From positions 62,001 through 126,000 of the forward strand of contig OZ287080.1 in the NCBI GenBank assembly GCA_965645245.1: a DNA stretch of 64,000 nt, written 5' to 3'. The notes beneath the pieces are model-generated. The model was not told the origin of the DNA and did no database searches. It saw only the letters and a list, made by a program, of their open reading frames with translations. The first letter of the stretch is position 1. Every line of letters begins with the position of its first letter. The position numbers were made by a program, and so were the translations under genes. The DNA is from Massalongia carnosa (taxonomy: Eukaryota). Shown here piece by piece: positions 56,693-64,000 of the stretch.

Positions 56693-59600
56693 GTGCGACA
56701 GTGGCAAAAATATAGTGTACCCACAGACATAGGGCCTGAGCGGTATCGCATTCCTGCTAGGAGATTAGCCAGCATCGGGAACCGAGAGACAAAACGACAC
56801 GGAGTAGACATAAAAGTAGCCTCATTTCCCTCCGATGGCAGAATATCGCAGCCATTCAATTCTACCCATTCGTACAATTCATATCAAACTTCCTATTCAC
56901 CAGTTGACAATACCGAGAGAGAAAGCAGAGCGCATTGCTATAACAGACAACGTCTGCATACGGAGGCGGCACCAGCACCTCTGCACCACAGACATTTCGA
57001 CCTACCTCCACCGTACCAGACACATACTTGTCCTTGTTTGTCATATCATTGTTTCGAGCCGACTAAGCAAGCTCCTATTGGTCATTCGTCTGCAGGAGAG
57101 ACGTATACTCATCATCCTGTTTCGCATTGTCATCCATACTATTGTCAGCCGAGTAGTCATATCCCAACCTCTGACGACAAAGAAACAACTACCTCACAGC
57201 TGACAAAAATCGTTACAAACCTCATTCCTCTTCTTGAGCAACTTGTCATTAGCGTCCGAAACACTAACGAGGCACGTACGCGAACTGATAGTCCTGCTCC
57301 ACCTGCGAGCCGAGATAGTCCATCGACTATCATACCTACAACCGAAGGTCAACCTAGTCACGAGGCAGAGAGCACCATGACCACACCATCGTCGACAAGC
57401 CCCGAGCCTTTTGGAAATAGACCAGCCATGTCCGCTGGACCCTTTGGATTTGTGATGACCATGCCTCAACCAGGCACTCCTGGCACTCCATTCTTTCAAG
57501 GTAAAAATGTGTCGGAGTTCCTGAGTCGGTACGAGGATATGTGTGAGGACTATCATGTCGGAAACAATGAGAAGATTCGTAGGTTGCCCCGTTATTGCGA
57601 CATGCTAATTGGCCAGACCATTGAGTCGCTTCCGGACTTTGTGGAGAGAAGATGGACACAGCTGAGCAAGGTGATGAAGAAAGAGTACAAGGCTGGCGAT
57701 AGTATTCAGCAGGTGAATTCTCGACCGTTTCTGGAGTCATACAAGGACAAAGTACGCACTTGCGACGATGATGTGCGGAACTTCTGTCGGAAGTTCGGTG
57801 CCATATCCAAAGCCCTAATTAGTCAAGAGAAGCTAGACATTTACACACTAAATCAGTGGTTCATGCAAGGTCTTCCTGCTGACATACGCGAAGAGTTGTT
57901 CTTTCGCCGAGGTGTTGATTTCGACGATAATGTGATGAAGGACTTTGATGGACTGGTGAAAAAGACTCTGACACTAGTAGAGGCGAGAATGAAATATAAG
58001 GAGGTGATGCGGACCGAGAAGAGTGTAACCGATAAATATAGTGCTCTAGCCGACCAGTTCGACAAAAAGATAGTGCTAGACGGTCATGAAAATATCATGA
58101 ACTCGCTTAGTCCACCAGTAGCAGACTCGACTACTGTTAGCCTATCGAAGTCCACGGAGAAAACTATCATGGACCTGACCAATAAGTTCGATGCATTAGT
58201 CCTTGCCACCGGAGCTCAAATGCGACCGGCCAATCAGAATAGTCAGCAGAGTCAGCAGAGTCGGAACCGTTCCCAATCACCACATAGACAGTCATCCTAT
58301 GACGGACAGAGACAACAGCATGACCATCAATATGGTAGCGACGAAAGCTGCAACTATTGTGGAGAGAAGGTACTGCATGACAGGCGAAGAGACTGTCCAG
58401 ACTTCGACGCTGACCAAAGGAATGGTGTTATCTATCTGAATGAGAAAGGCCTGCTCTGTCTGGGACCGATGGGTACATATTCCAACCCAATTCGGCATTT
58501 ACCGGGTGTGACACAAAAAGAGTCCATTAGACGTGCGAAGATGTTGGCCAATCAATTTAGTCAAGCTGGACAAAATGCCGAAGTGCACACGGTTCGAATA
58601 GGCGAGGATAGTGCAGATGACTTTTCTTCTGACGAAGAATGGGACCCGGAGGTGACGATCATCGAACATACTACCTCTATCAACTCGGCTAGGACCGAAA
58701 ACAATAAACCTGCTGAGGAGAACTGGAAAGAGCCGGCTAAACGAATTCTGAAACGCAGGGCTGAGCGCGAGGACCATTTCGCAGTACCGAAAGCACTTAG
58801 ATATGGCAATTGGAGTCCGCTTCCTACGTCGGTAGAACGTCGGAATGATAGTCTTGACCAATCAAAACCAACCGACAGAGCTTCCGCGGCAGAACCTCGG
58901 GTAACATTTGCTGACCCTATAGAAGAAGATGTGGAAATGACAGAAGCAGGTCTAGCTGGGAAAGGCGGCGGAAAGAAGAAGCCGGGTACCGGAGTGCTGA
59001 GGGCACCTATTCGTGGAGAAGTTCGAGACGCCATAGAAAAGATAGGTGCAGAAGAATTCCTGAAGATAGCGAGACGAGAGTTCAACGTGGACTTGATACA
59101 GGGCCGCTATCTGCAATCGCTAGCAGCTGGTACTGGAGGACTGACCAATGGCAATATCATAGCCATGTTACCCATGTTTAAATCGGTAGTTAACAAAGTG
59201 ACACGAAATACGGAAGCAGAAAGACAGGACGGTCCAACGGTAAAAATCGGCTCTATCGGCATTCGGGATCCACTACTCCGCAGAGCATATACAAGGTCGA
59301 CACCTAAAGCCAAAGTGCGAGTTGGTGATGGAGGCCGATATAAGTCTCTTCTTGACTCAGGTGCCGAAGTGAACGTGATGACATATGATGTCGCTAAGCG
59401 CGAGGGTCTGGCCATGCGACCTTACCCAAATATCAATCTAATTTCCCATACCGGACATAGAAAGGAATTCCTCGGGGTGTGTGAAAACGTGGAGGTTGAT
59501 ATTGGCGGAGTAGCGTCGCTTAACCACATATTTGTCATTGATGCTGCGGACCATCAACTAGTGCTAGGACAACCTTATCTTCACCAGATGCGTGTGGGCT

Positions 59601-59749
59601 TGGACTACCGTAACAACGAGGTAGAATGCACCATACATGCTGAAGATGGGAAACGAACTGCTAAGTTCATAGCGACTTCCGATCCTGGTAGCAAACTCCA
59701 TACAGCAGAGGACCTGTTTCCGGAGAACCGAGACGAAACTTTAAACTAG
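56693..59749 (+). CDS. Gypsy Gag plus aspartic protease (first in-frame ATG at 57377)
   Basis: PFFQGKNVSEFLSRYE (gag), CNYCGEKVLHDRRRDC (knuckle), and LLDSGAEVNVM / LVLGQPY (protease). Confidence 0.85.
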   Translation: MRQWQKYSVPTDIGPERYRIPARRLASIGNRETKRHGVDIKVASFPSDGRISQPFNSTHSYNSYQTSYSPVDNTERESRAHCYNRQRLHTEAAPAPLHHRHFDLPPPYQTHTCPCLSYHCFEPTKQAPIGHSSAGETYTHHPVSHCHPYYCQPSSHIPTSDDKETTTSQLTKIVTNLIPLLEQLVISVRNTNEARTRTDSPAPPASRDSPSTIIPTTEGQPSHEAESTMTTPSSTSPEPFGNRPAMSAGPFGFVMTMPQPGTPGTPFFQGKNVSEFLSRYEDMCEDYHVGNNEKIRRLPRYCDMLIGQTIESLPDFVERRWTQLSKVMKKEYKAGDSIQQVNSRPFLESYKDKVRTCDDDVRNFCRKFGAISKALISQEKLDIYTLNQWFMQGLPADIREELFFRRGVDFDDNVMKDFDGLVKKTLTLVEARMKYKEVMRTEKSVTDKYSALADQFDKKIVLDGHENIMNSLSPPVADSTTVSLSKSTEKTIMDLTNKFDALVLATGAQMRPANQNSQQSQQSRNRSQSPHRQSSYDGQRQQHDHQYGSDESCNYCGEKVLHDRRRDCPDFDADQRNGVIYLNEKGLLCLGPMGTYSNPIRHLPGVTQKESIRRAKMLANQFSQAGQNAEVHTVRIGEDSADDFSSDEEWDPEVTIIEHTTSINSARTENNKPAEENWKEPAKRILKRRAEREDHFAVPKALRYGNWSPLPTSVERRNDSLDQSKPTDRASAAEPRVTFADPIEEDVEMTEAGLAGKGGGKKKPGTGVLRAPIRGEVRDAIEKIGAEEFLKIARREFNVDLIQGRYLQSLAAGTGGLTNGNIIAMLPMFKSVVNKVTRNTEAERQDGPTVKIGSIGIRDPLLRRAYTRSTPKAKVRVGDGGRYKSLLDSGAEVNVMTYDVAKREGLAMRPYPNINLISHTGHRKEFLGVCENVEVDIGGVASLNHIFVIDAADHQLVLGQPYLHQMRVGLDYRNNEVECTIHAEDGKRTAKFIATSDPGSKLHTAEDLFPENRDETLN

Positions 59750-59790
59750 CTAGCCACCATGTGCAGAAAAGGTCCATGGCTGGTAGCAGT
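59740..59790 (+). promoter_or_regulatory. Programmed -1 ribosomal frameshift signal
   Basis: T TTA AAC (X XXY YYZ in the gag frame) lies directly before the TAG, and the -1 frame runs without a stop into pol. A downstream stem is possible: GCTAGCCACCATG / CATGGCTGGTAGC. Confidence 0.8.
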
Positions 59791-62700
59791 AATAAAAACC
59801 TGGAGAGAGCGAAAGTGTCGAGTTTTAGGGTTGGACTATCGGAGAATAAATCTTCCATTCCATTTAACAGGCCCGGCCTATTAAATCAAATAGCCCTAAC
59901 TCCTACAGCGACTAGTGCGGAAGAGGCGGCGATGGACCACTATGTTCGCGCCTTCACACCGTCGCGTGCAATTGGCTCGGTCGGACTTTCGGCTCTGAGG
60001 TTTTCTCGGAAATTCGACATGTACACGATCAATCAGAACAGGGTGTTCGGGCGACGGAGTAGTGTGAGAGTTGATACGGCATACAAACGGAAGGCAGTCA
60101 AGGTTCGACCAGTGAATTCTGACCAGTCGGATGGCACCATACCTGGTGGAATAGCAGATTGGAAAGCGAAGGCGCTAGAGAAAGAGAGAGGCCTACCAAA
60201 GTCAGAAAAGTTCCCTGATTGGCTAATTCCAAAGTTCTCGACAATATTCAAAGGCTCACGATTGACACCGGAACGGCTGCAGCGAATGACAGTGGGCGAC
60301 AGTATGACGTCTGCTGAGAAAGAAGTGTTGACCCAGATGTTATACAACCGAGAAGCAGCGCTGTCATGGGAGTTTTCCGAGATGGGCAGAGTCAAACCTG
60401 AGGTGTCTCCACCATGTAAAATCAACACTATTCCACATGAGGCATGGCAGACCCCATCATTCCCATTGCCAAGGGCCCTGGTACCGATGGTGATAGAGAT
60501 GCTGAAGGACCGACTGCAGCGAGGAACGTTGGAACCTTGTCATGGTCCCTATCGAAATCCATGGTTCATAGTGAAGAAGAAAGAGAAAAATAAGTACCGA
60601 TTAATTAATGCGGCCCTAGACATGAACAAAGTGACCATCCGAGACGCAAATCTGCCACCTTCGGTAGACGAATTCTCAGAGGACTTTGCTGGCTGCCACA
60701 TCGCTTCCTTGATCGACTTGTTTTCAGGATATGACCAAATGGAACTCGATGTTCATAGTCGAGACATGACCGCCTTCATGACACCAATAGGACTATTGCG
60801 AATGACATCTATACCAATGGGAGCTACCAATTCGGTTGCACAGTTCGTACGGGTAGTGACAAAGATACTGCAGGACCACATTCCGAACCGTGCTAAACCT
60901 TTCCTTGATGACATCGGAGTGAAGGGGCCGAAGACTGATTATGGTGGTGAAGAAGTGGCACCGGGCATCAGAAAGTACGTGCTTGAACATCTCATGTGGC
61001 TAGATGGGGTACTCGCGGACATAGAAAGGGCTGGATGCACTATCTCCGGAGAAAAGTCACAATTTTGCATGGCCGGTCTGAAGATAGTAGGATTTGTGAC
61101 CGACTCCGATGGTAGACATCCGGACACCGCTAAGGTTATCAAAATTCTAGAGTGGCCGATATGCACCGACGCTTCTTCCGCTCGTGCTTTTATAGGTGTG
61201 TGTGTGTACTATCGCATATGGATATTGGACTTTGCCATTGTTGCTGAACCAATATATCGTCTGCTGAAGAAAGATGCTGCTTTTGTATGGGGCATGGAAC
61301 AAACCGAGGCAATGGACTTGCTGAAGATAGCTCTGACATCTCCGCCAGCACTAAAGACCATTGACTATAGCGAGCTAGCTGGACTTATCATATTGGCTGT
61401 GGATGCGAGTTTGAAAGGATGGGGCGCTGTACTGATGCAAATCTTTGATGGCAAGCGTCACCCCATTCGGTACGAAAGCGGAGAATGGAGCGAGGTGGAA
61501 CAGCGATATGATGCAACCAAGCGAGAGTGTCGAGGCGTTCTAAAGGCATTGAAAAAGACAAGGCACTGGCTATATGGAGTTCACTTTGTGTTGGAGACAG
61601 ACGCCAACGTCCTAGTGGCGCAATTGAATGGAGCTTGTACCGATTTGCCTGGTGCTCTGATAGTCCGATGGATAGCATGGATACGACTGTTTGACTTCGA
61701 GGTCAAACATGTTGCTGGCCGAAAACATACGGCAGCAGATGGACTGTCTAGACGACCTCATACTGAGGAAGAAATTCGGGCCGAACAGCAGGAGCAAGAC
61801 ATAGACGATTTCATAGATGCCGAACTGAATTCACTAAGGGCCTGTCCAATTTCCGTTAACTCCGCAGACGAGGTGCCAGACGAAAAAGTGCTAAAGGCCG
61901 GATATAGTGATAAGTCCGAGAGAATCGCTGCATTTCTAACATCACTACAAAAGCCGGTTGGACTAAACCGCAAAGAGTTTAGAGCGTTTAAGAGCGAGGC
62001 CTTGCGCTATCGAGTACAAGATGGCCATCTTTATAGACGAAACAGCAAGAACGTACCTTCCAGGAGAGTGATAGACTCCGATGAGCGGAAGTTGGAAATA
62101 TTGAAACAGCTGCATGACGAAAGTGGACATAGAGGCAGAGAGGGCACATACAGACGCATAGCAGACAGGTACTGGTGGGAACAATTGCACGATGATGTAA
62201 AAGGCTATGTTCGGTCCTGCGAGGAATGTCAGAAACGTGACCCCACTAGGCTCGAGGAAGCACTTCATCCGACATGGGTTACCTTCATGTGGTAGAAGGT
62301 TGGCTTAGACGTGGTCCACATGCCAGCTTGTCGAGGCAAGCACTATATTGTTATGGCCAGAGATGACTTTTCCGGATGGGTCGAGGGTAGAGCACTAGGA
62401 AAAGTTACCGCTCAGAATGTCGCGAGATTCTTGTGGGAAGATGTTATATGCAGACATGGGTGCTTCGGAAAACTGATTGTTGATGGTGGACCAGAAAACA
62501 AAGATGCTGTTATCGAATTAGCAAATCGATATGGTATCAAAAGAGTAGTTATTTCTGCCTATCATCCGCAAGCCAATGGCATGATAGAACGGGGACATCG
62601 GCCAGTTGTTCAAGCATTATCCAAAATGACAAATGGAGGCATGGGCAAATGGGTTGATAATCTTCCTGCAGTACTATGGGCCGACCGTACAACAGTTCGT

Positions 62701-63327
62701 GCTAGCACCGGCAACACACCTTTCTATCTGAATAGCGGCAATGAGGCTGTTCTACCAATTGAACTGGAAATTCCAACATGGAGAATATTACCATGGAATG
62801 AAGTTCATACAACAGACGAATTGCTAGCTATGCGTGCGAGACAAATACAGCGAAGGGATGAAGACATGGAAGAGACAGCTTTATTCCTGCAAAGACAAAG
62901 AATGGAAGGCAAAGAGACCTTTGACACTCTGAACAATCTGAGATCAATTGAACTCACCGAGGGTCAATTAATTCTTTTGCACGACACTAAATTAGACAAT
63001 CAGCACACAGGCAAACTAACGTTCAGGTGGTTGGGACCATATAAAATTCAACAAACAATTGTTGATAAGGGAACTTACAAACTATGTGAACTAGACGGCA
63101 CCCTATTAGCTGGAACCTTTGCAGGAAATCGACTGAAACCATTTCATGCTCGGCAAAATATTAACTTACCTCCGATAGAAGAACCTGAGCAACATAATAG
63201 TCAGGGGCCGACTATAAACCATGGGGGGGACGAGGACGACCGACAGTCCATGATTCCACCTGGCTGGCTAATGGCAGTAGTGATTCCTAGCAGACGTGCT
63301 GATGCGATGGAGACGGTGGAAAATTGA
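59761..63327 (+). pseudogene. Gypsy pol (RT, RNase H, integrase) with a single in-frame TAG at 62293
   Basis: LIDLFSGYDQ, PFLDDIGV, AVDASLKGWG, LHDESGH...CEECQ, then *KVGLDVVHMP, IVDGGPEN and ANGMIERGH in the same frame. Confidence 0.9.
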
Positions 63328-63684
63328 CATATCCGACTACCTATATCGAACGAATTTCCTTAGTAAAATGCATATTGTCAGCGGAGGAAGCACACGAACC
63401 TTCGGAATAGTTTCATTTCACACTTACCAAAATTCACCGAAAACTTCACCAACCTTAGTCGAAATTGCCATCTTCCGAATCCTCACCTCCATGTTTTACC
63501 TTTTCCATACTACCAGAACTCAGCAAATTATCTAGCTTTTACTACCTACCTGATCAGCACATATACTATCTTCCTATCAGCAAAAATCTCTGCTAAGCTC
63601 AACTTCTTATCTAAGCGAAAGTCAGCAAGCTACTCGATAACTTGGAACAATTTATCTTACCTTACTTGCCTTACATCTTTTGGC

Positions 63685-64000
63685 ATGTCTTTCCAATTAG
63701 TCATTGTCCTAGGAAATGACCGCTTCCACCACATGACAGACGCACTAGCTTTTCTTGAGACATTGACCCCAGCAGACCGATACGAGGGACAGAGGACCAT
63801 AGAATCGCAGCTAATAGAGTTTCAGCATATGCTAGGGGATAGCATAGTGGACTATTATGACTATGTCATACAGAATGATGCCTGGGCCTCGGTGATGAAA
63901 GAAGAAGAGTTCAAAGCTCAACGAGAAGATGTTATTGAGGAGGTGGATATGGTCCAACTGTCACGGGCAGTTGGAGAATGGAGGAATCGGACATTAAAGG
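63685..64000 (+). CDS. Extra ORF downstream of integrase, unknown function, runs off the window
   Basis: ATG 63685 is open for 105 codons to the window end (MSFQLVIVLGNDRFHHMTDALAFLETLTPADRYEGQRTIESQLIEFQHMLGDSIVDYYDYVIQNDAWASVMKEEEFKAQREDVIEEV...). It is not in the ORF track, presumably because no stop is reached. Confidence 0.6.
   Translation, partial: MSFQLVIVLGNDRFHHMTDALAFLETLTPADRYEGQRTIESQLIEFQHMLGDSIVDYYDYVIQNDAWASVMKEEEFKAQREDVIEEVDMVQLSRAVGEWRNRTLK

Larger units (their letters stand above)
55736..64000 (+). mobile_element. Large Ty3/gypsy LTR retrotransposon (3' end outside the window)
   Basis: Putative 5' LTR 55736-56191 (TGTG..CACA) is followed by PBS-like TTTGGCGACCACGG (tRNA-Arg type), then gag-PR, pol and a further ORF. 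The LTR cannot be confirmed without its partner. Confidence 0.85.

Overview
Eukaryotic, almost certainly filamentous-ascomycete, DNA. The first 5.1 kb is the 3' part of a fungal NLR-type gene: the end of the NB-ARC/winged-helix region followed by 36 near-identical 126-bp TPR repeats with a 13-unit higher-order duplication. The rest (about 6-64 kb) is a deeply nested transposon cluster whose boundaries can mostly be read from TIRs, LTRs and TSDs. It holds two full-length but dead Fot1/pogo-like elements, other pogo and Tc1 fragments, several MULE derivatives and one hAT. It also holds Ty1/copia elements of at least four families, all with a half-tRNA-iMet type PBS where the 5' end survives, three near-identical 1.03-kb solo LTRs, and Ty3/gypsy elements. 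No intact autonomous element and no RNA gene was seen. The most notable points are: (1) the hypervariable NLR TPR array; (2) a gypsy element whose PR-RT-RH block is inverted relative to its LTR/PBS/PPT frame; (3) a gypsy element with a UUUAAAC -1 frameshift after the protease and an extra ORF downstream of integrase; (4) a head-to-head MULE palindrome reminiscent of Mu killer. All family assignments come from motif recognition by eye, not database searches.
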